The notes under the pieces: model-generated | The model's database searches: none | What the model was told of the DNA's origin: nothing | Seen by the model: only the letters and a program-made list of their open reading frames with translations | Shown here: in pieces, positions 9,237-19,535 of the stretch | Numbering within the stretch: the first letter of the stretch is position 1 | How the letters are laid out: the number at the start of each line of letters is the position of its first letter | Assembly: GCA_000165345.1 (NCBI GenBank) | Contig: CM000429.1 | Location: 640,001-704,000, forward strand | Length of the DNA: 64,000 nt | Direction: 5' to 3' | Made by a program: the position numbers and the translations under genes

Positions 9237-10091
9237 ATGGAGGTTGTAAATTCTGCAGTAACAATAATCAGTGATCCTGAGAAGTGTAGAACTTGGGTAT
9301 CCCAACACAAATCTTCAGTTAAAGCTTATATTTCTCTGGCAATATTCTGTGTGATTGTATTTTTTTTCCTTTCTGATGGAGATTTCTCATTTCTTTTAAC
9401 CTTATCATCCTTAACATCAGCCTTCAGCTTTGCAATGGTTTGCCTCAAGATAGAAATTACAAAATCTTGTGCAGGAGTGTCTCTTAGGATGATGGAAGCA
9501 TATGTAATTCTAATATTTGCAAGATTGTGTTCTATTATTCCATTTGAAGGATACTTACCTTACGATCGAAGCGGAGATTGGCTATACCAGACCTTAGAAG
9601 CAAGTTGTATGATTATAGCAGGTACCATTGTATACTTATGTAGATACAGATACAAAGAGACTTATGACCCAAATTCTGATGAATTCAATAGTATGTATTT
9701 GATTATCCCTGCATTCTTAATGGCTCTCGTATTCCATCCTTCTCTAAATTCATGGATGCCTGCAGATATTGCATGGACTTTTGCTCTATACCTTGAGAGT
9801 GTTGTTGTCCTCCCTCAGCTCTTTATGTTCCAGAAAGAACGCAAGGTCGTTCCTTTCACCAGTCACTTCCTTGCTATGCAGGCTGTAAGTAAAGTCCTGG
9901 CTTTCATATTTTGGATTTCTTCCTACACAGAACTTAACGACCCATCCAAAGTTCTTAAGAAACATGTTGGATACTGGGTTATTATAATGCAGATTGTGCA
10001 GCTTGCACTTATGGGAGACTTTGTTTATCATTATGCTAGATGTATAACCAGAGGTGTCCCAGTTCAGTTTATTCTGATGGAAAATGTTTAA
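9237..10091 (+). CDS. ER lumen protein-retaining receptor (KDEL receptor, ERD2) with an N-terminal extension of about 50 aa
   Basis: KSCAGVS, IAWTFALYLESVVVLPQLFMF and the overall 7-TM pattern match ERD2 (human: [31 protein letters not shown]). The track start at 9207 is TTG; the first ATG is at 9237. Confidence 0.8.
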   Translation: MEVVNSAVTIISDPEKCRTWVSQHKSSVKAYISLAIFCVIVFFFLSDGDFSFLLTLSSLTSAFSFAMVCLKIEITKSCAGVSLRMMEAYVILIFARLCSIIPFEGYLPYDRSGDWLYQTLEASCMIIAGTIVYLCRYRYKETYDPNSDEFNSMYLIIPAFLMALVFHPSLNSWMPADIAWTFALYLESVVVLPQLFMFQKERKVVPFTSHFLAMQAVSKVLAFIFWISSYTELNDPSKVLKKHVGYWVIIMQIVQLALMGDFVYHYARCITRGVPVQFILMENV

Positions 10092-10596
10092 TACTAATTC
10101 TTTTGAATTTCCACATATCTAATCATAATACTAGTCTCTAACATATAAGACTCATTTCTCTGGAGAAAGGTACATATATATTGGAGCAATTCATTATGGG
10201 ATTCACACTCCCTCTACCCAATATTATCAATAATACAGATAATCAACAATTAGTAGTAGCATTTCTAAATGGTCTACTAGCAGGAATATGTCATTAAATT
10301 TTCTAACAATCTATTAAATTATTGTGATTCTCTAAGATATTTGTGTTCCACTTATTTTATTAAAAACTAATATTTTTACTTGGAAGTATTTTCTTTTGCT
10401 ATTTCTTAACTCAGATATACCATTCCCTACGACTTGTGAAATATTTTACTAATACTTAACTAAAACTATACAAGATTTTTTCCCACTCAAGTTCTAATCA
10501 ATGCTTACTTTAAACACGTTTTTTTACACCTATATATACTTTAATATTTGTTTTCAATATTTTTATTTATTTGCATGCAAATTATATATCTAAAAA

Positions 10597-10604
10597 TGGC
10601 GCCA
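10597..10604. promoter_or_regulatory. TGGCGCCA E2F-like palindrome plus TTTGCATGCAAA (10570..10581) upstream of aldolase
   Basis: Both motifs lie 150-200 bp upstream of the aldolase ATG; another GCATGC is at about 10636. Confidence 0.45.
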
Positions 10605-10775
10605 CAATGGCTGGTATATAATATCCAGCCTGCGAGCATGCTTCAGATTTAAAGGAAAAAGGGAGAAACAGCACAAAATTTGTACTTGTTAGAATCGCAA
10701 ATAAATTTTGTTAAAAAAATTTGATAAAGTAGAAATTGGTGAAAAATCTCATTTTATTTGTTTCAAAAGAAAAAA

Positions 10776-11852
10776 ATGTCAATCTGTCAAGAAAGAGCAA
10801 AGGAATTAGCAGAAAATGCAAGGAAGATCGCAAGCCCAGGAAAGGGTATATTGGCAGCAGATGAATCCACTGGTACAATTAAGAAAAGATTTGATCAAGT
10901 TGGAATTGAGAATACTGAAGCAAACAGAGCAGCTTATAGAGAATTGCTTTTTAAAACTGAAGGTTTGAATCAATACATTTCTGGAGTTATCCTATACGAA
11001 GAAACTCTTTTCCAAAGTACAGCAAGTGGTGAGAAGATGACCGACTTATTAAAAAAGCAAGGAATCTTACCAGGAATCAAGGTTGATATGGGTTTGACTA
11101 CCTTACCACTTACTGACGGTGAAACTTCCACGACTGGTTTGGATGGATTAGGAGCCAGATGCAAGAAGTACTACGATGCTGGAGCTCGTTTTGCAAAATG
11201 GAGAGCAGTTCTCACTATTGACCAGGCTAAGGGAAAGCCAAGCTGCCTTTCAATTTCTGAAACTGCTCATACATTGGCTAGATATGCTGCAATCTGCCAA
11301 GAAAACGGTCTTGTTCCAATTGTAGAGCCAGAAATATTATCTGATGGATCACATGATATCGAGTTTTGTGCCAAGGTTACAGAAAAGGTTTTGGCCGAAG
11401 TTGTTAAAGCTCTTCATCTCCACCGCGTATTATTGGAAGGTTCACTATTGAAGCCAAATATGGTTACCCCAGGTTCTGACTGCCCAAAAAGAGCATCTTC
11501 TCAAGAAGTTGCTTTTTATACCGTTAGAACTTTAAAAAGAACTATTCCATCAGCAATGGCAGGAGTTATGTTCCTCTCAGGTGGTCAATCTGAGGAAGAA
11601 GCATCACTTAACTTATGTGAAATGAACAAGATCAAGGATTGCCCTTTATTCTTGTCCTTCTCATATGGTCGTGCCTTGCAAGCTTCAGTTTTGAAGGCAT
11701 GGAAAGGAGATGCATCCAATGTTCCAGCTGCTCAGAAGGCACTTTTAGAGAGAGCCAAGGCAAACTCAGAGGCTCAATTGGGAGTCTACAAGGGTGGTGT
11801 TGGTGGTTCTGCTGCTTCTGAAGGATTATTCGTCAAGTCTTATGTTTACTAG
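10776..11852 (+). CDS. Fructose-1,6-bisphosphate aldolase, class I
   Basis: [26 protein letters not shown] and the class I active-site region; about 358 aa. Track start 10758 is TTG; the ATG is at 10776 by frame. Confidence 0.95.
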   Translation: MSICQERAKELAENARKIASPGKGILAADESTGTIKKRFDQVGIENTEANRAAYRELLFKTEGLNQYISGVILYEETLFQSTASGEKMTDLLKKQGILPGIKVDMGLTTLPLTDGETSTTGLDGLGARCKKYYDAGARFAKWRAVLTIDQAKGKPSCLSISETAHTLARYAAICQENGLVPIVEPEILSDGSHDIEFCAKVTEKVLAEVVKALHLHRVLLEGSLLKPNMVTPGSDCPKRASSQEVAFYTVRTLKRTIPSAMAGVMFLSGGQSEEEASLNLCEMNKIKDCPLFLSFSYGRALQASVLKAWKGDASNVPAAQKALLERAKANSEAQLGVYKGGVGGSAASEGLFVKSYVY

Positions 11853-11969
11853 ATGCATCTTCATTTAGTATCTTAGGTCGATAAACTTTACTTTATTTGG
11901 TTTTACTAGTAAAAATATTATTCTTAAAATCTAATCTAGTCTAATTATCTATTTATATAATATATCTCT

Positions 11970-14432
11970 CTAATATAGGCATAAGTGGCCGCATCCAGAA
12001 GGACAGATTGAATTTGAAAGGAACCACTCCTTTATATGTTTTGGATGTCCTCCATGTCTACAGCAAGGACATCCAACCCAGAGTCCTAGAACTGGTTCAC
12101 TGCAAACCACACAAATATTTTTGCTTGAATTACACTTCAAACATGAATGGAGATCTGTTCTTGGCTGGAAGTTCTTATCTAGTAGAGCTTTTTCTGACTT
12201 TATTTGTCTTTCACAATAAGATTTTGACTCGAAAAAAGAGTCCTTTTCATTTCCTTGTATAATACTTCCACAATAAAAGTTTGATTCTGATATATTTTCC
12301 CTCCCTAGATTTCTTATTTTCTTTATTTGGCTAGACTTAATCAGTTGTGAAGAGAGACAAAAAAGTCCAAGTTTTCTAAGGAGACTAATTAAGCTTAGAG
12401 TCAACTTTAACTGCAACAAAATAGTGGATTTTAAGATTGGTGAATCTGGAGGTGTTATGCAAGGTAATAAGTTATTTACAATTAAAAGACAAATTACAAC
12501 ATTGTTCATGTTGGATTGGAGATTTAGTTCATTCGAAATAGCTTCAATAGTTTCATTTAAAGAGCATTTTTTCTTAATTATATACATATATCTTTGTTCC
12601 TGAAGTATCTTAATGCCAAAAACTTCGAGAAAGAATTCAAAAATACACTCCACCTTTTCTTCTAAAGTCAATTTCTTCAAACTATCTCTATTAAATAAAA
12701 AACTTCTTGGGTCTTCTCCTCTGCCTGAAGAGATATAAACCATCCCATTCAGTTCGGAGATACTTTTGTCCTTATATACAATAATGCGTGGTCCCCATTT
12801 GACTTTCCAATTGTGAACCTTGGTAGAGCCTAAGCTTGAGAAGATTGAACTCCAGCTTGGAGTCAGTCCAAAAACACCAAGTCTGTGAATTATCCTTATC
12901 CAATCAGATTTCCTATTATTGAGTTCATGTATATGGAGCCTCCTTTCCAGCTCACACCTTGGATCTAATATTGATGCAAGGTCTCCAGGAAACTGAACAA
13001 GACCAATGTCAGGGAGAAATCCTGTGACTGAATAAAGAGAATACTTGAATAGCTCATTTCTTTCACTACAAAATTTGAAAATTGAGTCAGATTTATCCAT
13101 GAGTTCCCTTACTTTGGACTTGAAATCACTATTTTGTTTTTTGAGTTCTGTATTTGAATTGGAAGTTTCTCCAGAAACTGGATTATTGTAAATTTCAAAG
13201 TTTTTCTTAACGGTTTTCCTAAAGAACTCGTGTGATATATTGAAAACTACTCTTTGGGAAGCTTCAATAGAATCGTGGAAATTCGGAGTATAAAGACAAG
13301 AAGATGTTTTAATCTTCCTATTTGGTTTTGCTGCATCCTCCCATACAGATAGAATAAGTTTCTTATCAGCTCCACAGCTCATAATAGCATCAGATTCAAG
13401 CCAATCAAAGTCTCTAACTACATCAGTATGTCTAGAAAACCTTCGAATAGGCCGAATGGGATCCAGCAGGTCATAAACGTAGATTGCAGAGTCAATAGCT
13501 GAACAACAGAATGCAATTTGTGAAGGAAATCCTGGTCTCCACCTTGCCTTTCCTACAACAAACTGAGATTTAATGCTTGTTATTGAGGTAATTCCGTCCA
13601 TTTTACGTATATCCCATATTTGAACTCCGTTTCTACAACCAGTAGAAAATACATTATTATCATGTGGGTTCCAACGAATACAACTCAGACCTTTAGAGAG
13701 AGTTTGAGTTCTGTTGCACTGTGAGAACTTTGCTCTAAAGTCTAAGTGGGAAATAGTACCATCGTCAAAAGCTAGAAGAAGCTCATTATTTGCCCATATC
13801 CCATCAGATCCAAGATTCCTTGATTGCATATCTCGAATTGGGGACGAAGTTACGCAAGCTGACCAAATTGGAGTACACTGCTCTTCAGAAGAACTAATAT
13901 TAATCCCGGAACATTCTCTAAGCGCTTCACCATCCACTAATTTAATTTCCCCATTTTGAAAGCCTAATGCAAACAAGTTAGAGGAATCGCCCAGCCATTC
14001 CAAACAGCAACCTGCAACATTATGAGACCTAAATCTCGATGACATTTGCCAATGTCTGCCTTTGAGTCCTACATAAATATTTGCAGAACCGCTCAAAGTC
14101 AAACCTAGAAGAGTGTGAGAACCTCTAGACCACCCAATATCTACCAAATTAGTTCTGGAGATATTGTAAAAGCTTGAAATACGGTCAAAGTTTACAGTAC
14201 TAAGTTGTAAAAGAGATCTCCCTCCAACTGCAACACGATTTAGCATTGGTTCCAAGTTACTCATCCCTGAGTCATTTTCTCCTTCTTCCAAAAACTCTCC
14301 ATCAAGCCTTTGACTTAAGATCTCTGAAGACTTTGCCCAATGGCAGATCGAAAGACTACTTGGAATTGCAGAGAGTTGCTTAATGCAGTGGACTGCATGT
14401 TCGCTATTAGTTCCACCTTGATCATATTCCAT
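11970..14432 (-). CDS. WD40-repeat protein with a C-terminal GATOR2/SEA-type RING (WDR24/MIOS/WDR59-like)
   Basis: Beta-propeller repeats in the N-terminal half. C-terminal CxxC...CVVC...WVGCPCCRHGGHPKHIKEWF...CPSGCGHLCLY matches the MIOS/WDR24 C-terminal RING (C..C.HGGH..H...W....CP.GCGHLC). Confidence 0.6.
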   Translation of the reverse strand: MEYDQGGTNSEHAVHCIKQLSAIPSSLSICHWAKSSEILSQRLDGEFLEEGENDSGMSNLEPMLNRVAVGGRSLLQLSTVNFDRISSFYNISRTNLVDIGWSRGSHTLLGLTLSGSANIYVGLKGRHWQMSSRFRSHNVAGCCLEWLGDSSNLFALGFQNGEIKLVDGEALRECSGINISSSEEQCTPIWSACVTSSPIRDMQSRNLGSDGIWANNELLLAFDDGTISHLDFRAKFSQCNRTQTLSKGLSCIRWNPHDNNVFSTGCRNGVQIWDIRKMDGITSITSIKSQFVVGKARWRPGFPSQIAFCCSAIDSAIYVYDLLDPIRPIRRFSRHTDVVRDFDWLESDAIMSCGADKKLILSVWEDAAKPNRKIKTSSCLYTPNFHDSIEASQRVVFNISHEFFRKTVKKNFEIYNNPVSGETSNSNTELKKQNSDFKSKVRELMDKSDSIFKFCSERNELFKYSLYSVTGFLPDIGLVQFPGDLASILDPRCELERRLHIHELNNRKSDWIRIIHRLGVFGLTPSWSSIFSSLGSTKVHNWKVKWGPRIIVYKDKSISELNGMVYISSGRGEDPRSFLFNRDSLKKLTLEEKVECIFEFFLEVFGIKILQEQRYMYIIKKKCSLNETIEAISNELNLQSNMNNVVICLLIVNNLLPCITPPDSPILKSTILLQLKLTLSLISLLRKLGLFCLSSQLIKSSQIKKIRNLGRENISESNFYCGSIIQGNEKDSFFESKSYCERQIKSEKALLDKNFQPRTDLHSCLKCNSSKNICVVCSEPVLGLWVGCPCCRHGGHPKHIKEWFLSNSICPSGCGHLCLY

Positions 14433-15188
14433 TAATTCACTTTGTTGTCATTTTGCGGGACTATTACTTTTTTCTCATTTATTCCTCACTTTTCCCGTTT
14501 GTCAGCTTTAATATACTTCTGAATTCCCGCCATATTTAATTTATCCTCGTATTTTCGTAAAAAAAAATGCCAAATAAAATTTATGTGGAAATTATTTCAT
14601 AATCTTTCCACGCAGCGAAATCTCAAAGAAACTTTGTTTCCCGATTGATTTTGGTCGGAATTTTCCTTCTCCTTATTAAGGAACATTGTAATATTCAGAA
14701 ATAGTTTCTCTTCGTATTCTTGACTGTTTTAATCAATTTCTCTGCTGTGCATGCCCCCCATTATGCCTTTGGAAGCAACAGAATAGCTTGATATGGAGAA
14801 TTTTTCTCAAGCTTGATACATCCTTCCTAAAATAATACTTCCTTTCTGAACTAGTCCCAAATTTATTAATCTGGTGGATTTATGATTATATTTAACCTAA
14901 ATCTACCGAATATTGTTTTCTTTTATAAGATTTAAACAGCCCTATGGGAACATACCACTACACCTAGTAGTAATTATAACTTTATTTAATTTTGGAATTT
15001 TTGTGTAATTATTTTCTTTAAACAGATTATTTGCATTTATTCATAATTATCACAATTAACCAAAATAATGCCGGCAAAATAATTAAATATTAATATTCCC
15101 ACACACATTGAAATATGTTATATCAATAACTGGATTTCTATTTGAATTGTAAATACTTAATTTAGTGAAATCCTGAAAGCCTAATTTA

Positions 15189-16397
15189 ATGAGCTCAGAA
15201 ACTGCTTCAATTGAAATTGGAAAGTCTGCCATTGTAAGTTAACTTAATTCCAAATTAACATGGTAAATTATTTGAAATTGAAATTTAATTAAACTTTAAA
15301 TATACCATAATAGATTAACTCTGAAGCTATTGGGCATAAAATCAACTCTCTTGAAGATAAGTATTACAGTATAAAAAGGTACCATGAATCTCGTTTAAAA
15401 GTAAGTGCTAATTTATTTTTTCCAAGATATTATAAAATATACATAATAATTAGGACTTAAGCTCAGAAATCAAGGAGCTTTCAAAGCTTATAAACAAGGA
15501 ACAAAATGATATTCAAGAAATAAAATCTATAAAAGAAAAAAAGTTGAGAGAAGTCGAGTTGAAAATATCAAACCAAATTTTGGAATTACGGGAAATTAGA
15601 AATGAATCTGATACTTTAATTGAAAACAAAATTAAGGACCATTTACACAGGATGGAAACTTTAGAATTCAACAAATCATCAGAAATAGATATTCGAAGAG
15701 AAGATCAATTCGAGAAGATTTCAAGTTCATTAAATGACTTAACTCAAAAAGTTGAATATTTAAGGAAGAGAAGGTAAGTTAATTTTCCCAACTGGTTTGT
15801 TAGCATTCAAATCAGAATTACTTATGATATACTTTATTCTTGAACTTAAAATTTGTCCTTCCCAAACTCTTCTTCATCTAGAAAGAATATTCTTACATCA
15901 TTTAAAAAAGAACTTGCAAATGGTAAGTTTACAACTAATAATATGAAGATGGTATTTCGTTGGTATAATGTTTATTTGTAATATATGGATGTAGCAATTC
16001 TAAATCCATTTTCATGTAAATACTATCTATTTCTTGATTAATTATTTGGACAAATTTACTCTAATTATTTTCCTCCTTTAACAATAACAATAGAATCGGA
16101 GAATATATTAAAATCCATTCAAGAAGAATCTAACAGAAGGGAATACTCTGTCCAAAGCATGAAACAGTAAGTTTTAGAGTTTACTAAGATTTTAATGTAA
16201 TAATCAAAATATTGTCTTTATTTGAAAGACTATTAGACGACACAATGAATCACTTTCTGACGGAAATGGCAGCCTCAAGGACTAGTAGATTGGAAATGGA
16301 TAAGCAAATTATTGACCAATTAGAGCTTGCTTGTCAAGATACTGAAAATAAGTTAGCTAGGATGATAAGCTCAAATGAAAATCAAAAAGACAACTAA
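15189..16397 (+). CDS. Coiled-coil protein, multi-exon. Exons approx 15189..15233, 15314..15400, 15454..15773, 15882..15922, (16095..16167), 16230..16397.
   Basis: ATG at 15189, then consecutive GTAAGT donors and polypyrimidine-AG acceptors. Track ORF 15544..15777 sits inside exon 3 and ends at a TAA within the donor AG|GTAAGT; track ORF 16212..16397 sits inside the last exon. Reading frame is continuous through exon 5 if AGAAGGGAATAC is read correctly. A shorter isoform that skips exon 5 (acceptor ...ctattag|ACGAC) is also in frame. No homology recognised. Confidence 0.5.
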
Positions 16398-16412
16398 ATT
16401 ATTTCTCCTCTC

Positions 16413-17165
16413 TTACTGTGCAGATTCAATGATTTTCGCAAATGTTGGCTTCAATGAAGCTCCTCCAACAAGGAAACCATCAATATCGGCGCATTTGATT
16501 AATTCATTACAATTATCAGGAGTGACCGATCCTCCATAAATTATTCTTAAATTGGAAGATACCTGGGGATTATACATCCTTGTAACATATTCTCTAATAA
16601 ATGCATGAGCCTCTTGAGCTTGCCCAGGTGTTGCTACTACTCCTGTTCCGATAGCCCAAATTGGCTCGTAAGCTATTACTAAGTTAGACAAATCACTCAC
16701 ATCCTTTAAAGCTTCCGTTAACTGCTTCTGTATGACATCATTGGTCTTTCCTGTTTCTCTCTCACTTAATGACTCTCCAATACAAAGAACAATCTTCAGG
16801 CCATTCTCCAAACCCTTCTTTACCTTATTATTTACGATTTGATCAGTTTCTGAATAGTATTGTCTTCTTTCAGAATGGCCTACTAAAGAACAATCAACAT
16901 CCATATCTTTAAGCATTTCACAAGAAACTTCTCCCGTAAATGCTCCGTTTCCAGTACAAGAAATGTTCTGTGATCCAATCTTGAATACTCCTGGATGATC
17001 ATTACCGAAAAACTCTTTGACCAATGAAATATGTAGTGAAGTTGGGAATACGTAAACCTCTGAATTACTTGATTCCACTTGTTTGAAAGAATCAATCAGA
17101 GTCTTTAGAGATTCTTTTGTGCCATTGCACTTGAAGTTACCACCCACAAAGTACTTTCTAGACAT
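16413..17165 (-). CDS. TPI: Triosephosphate isomerase
   Basis: AYEPIWAIGTG, GGNFK and IIYGGSV motifs; 250 aa. Confidence 0.95.
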   Translation of the reverse strand: MSRKYFVGGNFKCNGTKESLKTLIDSFKQVESSNSEVYVFPTSLHISLVKEFFGNDHPGVFKIGSQNISCTGNGAFTGEVSCEMLKDMDVDCSLVGHSERRQYYSETDQIVNNKVKKGLENGLKIVLCIGESLSERETGKTNDVIQKQLTEALKDVSDLSNLVIAYEPIWAIGTGVVATPGQAQEAHAFIREYVTRMYNPQVSSNLRIIYGGSVTPDNCNELIKCADIDGFLVGGASLKPTFAKIIESAQ

Positions 17166-17972
17166 TCTATCTGAAGTTATTAATACTTGAACAATGTTAA
17201 GTTACTTGTACTAATTTCTTTTTATCTGAGATTTTAAAAATTACAATTTTTACCAATCTCACATATAACTTACAATATACCTAATTTAATTCCTAAATAT
17301 CCGCCCTATATTATTCTTCAATTTGAAATTCAATACCTCTTATATTTTTGTACTGGTCTCGAGCCCACATAATATCTTTAAATAGGCGCCTTTTTAGATC
17401 TCTCAGTTTAACATACTATGACCAAAAAATTAGGCATGTAAACATGCTGAATAAAGCCCGCCACTTTTCAATTTTAATATTTTAAGCTTTAAAAGAATTT
17501 ACTATGGTTGATACAAAGGTGATAAACTCAACATGAATTATCTTATTTCATTATTATATTCAACCCTTTTATCCTCGATAGTTTTAATAAGTTCCCTTAG
17601 GACTATCTGGAACAATATAGTTATGTAAGATCGATGCAAAAAAAAACTATTCTTGCAAACTCTTAATAAAGCTTAAATATTTAGCACACAACAGTCTTCT
17701 ATTTTCGTTATTTATACTTCTTTTTTACCCCAGCTCTGTTACTCGCCACCATTATTACCCCCTATCCTTCTTAACTAAACTTCAAATATAAACTTCTTTC
17801 TATCTACACATCTAATTAAACATTCACCCTCAAAACATTGTCATAGTCCCCGAAAAATTAATAATAATTCACTGTACTCTTTTACATTCACCAGTTTTTC
17901 CCCCAAGTAACTCCTTTGTTATAACTCCATTCTATCATTATTATTTGACATAAAGATATAGATTCAATATTG

Positions 17973-17984
17973 TTTGGCGCCAAA
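17973..17984. promoter_or_regulatory. Palindromic E2F-like site TTTGGCGCCAAA about 65 bp upstream of the CDF transporter ATG
   Basis: Perfect 12-bp GC-core palindrome in an otherwise AT-rich intergenic region. E2F-type GGCGCC motifs are known to be over-represented upstream of Cryptosporidium genes. Confidence 0.5.
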
Positions 17985-18045
17985 TTCTCGTAAATGCCAT
18001 TAAAAAGCAAAGTAAATAAAAAGAAGAGGGAATTAAATTATACCC

Positions 18046-19425
18046 ATGATGAAAGACTCAGGTCTGGAAAAGCCATTACTTAATGGGAATGGATTTAAAA
18101 TATTTGCAAGCACAGAGAGTGTTCAGAAGAGGTTAATATATGCAATCTTTTTCTGTCTAGTCTTTACATTGATAGAGGTTGTTGTGGGTATATTATCAAA
18201 CTCACTAGCACTAATATCAGATGCATCTCACCTCATTTCAGATATATGTAGCTATTTCATTTCTCTGCTTGGTATCCACCTTTCCAAAAGAAAGGCCACA
18301 AACACAATGTCATTTGGTTATAACAGAGCTGAAATATTAGGGGCTTTGTTAAGCATTCTACTAATATGGTTTATGACAATCATGCTTGTCTATGAGGCTA
18401 TTCAGAGAATGTTATATCCTGTGAATGTGGATGGGTTTTCTATGTTTATTACCGCTATTTTTGGTACTTTGTCCAACTTATTTATTAGCTTTGTGTTATC
18501 TGTTCACAATCATGGAATAGGTTCAATTGGAGTAGATTGTAGTCAACACAATCATTCACATGAACATATGCATGAACACGACTGTAAGCAAGCTCAAACT
18601 CATTTTCAGGATGATTCACTGTATTGCAAAGATCAACAACTAGCAGAAAATCAAGAACAAATCGGAGGAATTAACACTACTTTACTTGAATACCACCATA
18701 GAAGCCAAATGAGAACTAAAGATTTAGATCATGAACTTAATAATTATACTAATTTAATGAACTCTCCAGTTATAAGAAGAGTCAATTCTGGTTTAAAAGA
18801 GTGTTCAGGACGTCAAAATGACTATTCTCATCTCCATAGTAGTAATCACTATACAAGTAAACATTCCTCTGAACAAGAAAGCTTAGCGCTTAAGTCTGCT
18901 TATATCCATGTTTTAGGGGATATTTTACAGAACATCGGAGTAATGATTGCTGGATTACTTATTTTGTACAATCCAGCATGGACAATCGCCGATCCTCTAT
19001 GTACTATTCTATTCTCCTTCTTTGTCCTCGCAACAACCATCAAAATCCTAAAAGATTCCGCCAATGTTCTAATGGAAGGGACCCCTATAGGAATTGATTG
19101 TGAATCCATTCAAAACGACTTTCTCAAGCTTTCTTCAGTGCTTGAAGTTCACGATCTACATGTTTGGTCTGTATCTGTTGGAGTTCCTGCATTATCTTGT
19201 CATATTGTCGTAGCATCAGAAGATAATGCTAGATTTACATTAAGATATGCAACGGATCTCTGTCAAAAAAAATATGGAATATTTCACACCACCATTCAAA
19301 TTGACTATTCTCCAAATAAAGCCACTTGTGAAACAATACATCATCAAAAATGTTTAGTTGGCTCTAATAACCAAAATAAAAGTGAAATTCACCAAATAAT
19401 TCATCCCGTTGACTATTCTGCTTAG
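18046..19425 (+). CDS. Cation diffusion facilitator (ZnT/Zrc1-type zinc transporter) with a His-rich loop
   Basis: TM helices with the HxxxD motif (SHLISDICS), a histidine-rich loop HNHGIGS...HNHSHEHMHEHD, and a C-terminal CDF cytoplasmic domain (HDLHVWS). Confidence 0.85.
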   Translation: MMKDSGLEKPLLNGNGFKIFASTESVQKRLIYAIFFCLVFTLIEVVVGILSNSLALISDASHLISDICSYFISLLGIHLSKRKATNTMSFGYNRAEILGALLSILLIWFMTIMLVYEAIQRMLYPVNVDGFSMFITAIFGTLSNLFISFVLSVHNHGIGSIGVDCSQHNHSHEHMHEHDCKQAQTHFQDDSLYCKDQQLAENQEQIGGINTTLLEYHHRSQMRTKDLDHELNNYTNLMNSPVIRRVNSGLKECSGRQNDYSHLHSSNHYTSKHSSEQESLALKSAYIHVLGDILQNIGVMIAGLLILYNPAWTIADPLCTILFSFFVLATTIKILKDSANVLMEGTPIGIDCESIQNDFLKLSSVLEVHDLHVWSVSVGVPALSCHIVVASEDNARFTLRYATDLCQKKYGIFHTTIQIDYSPNKATCETIHHQKCLVGSNNQNKSEIHQIIHPVDYSA

Positions 19426-19535
19426 TTCTTTATTAATTTAGAATATAATATTAATATTAACTTTAAATTGTGCTTAACAATTAACTCCGATAAGTAATAC
19501 TAGAAAATTATTAGGTTATTATTTCAGTAAACATT

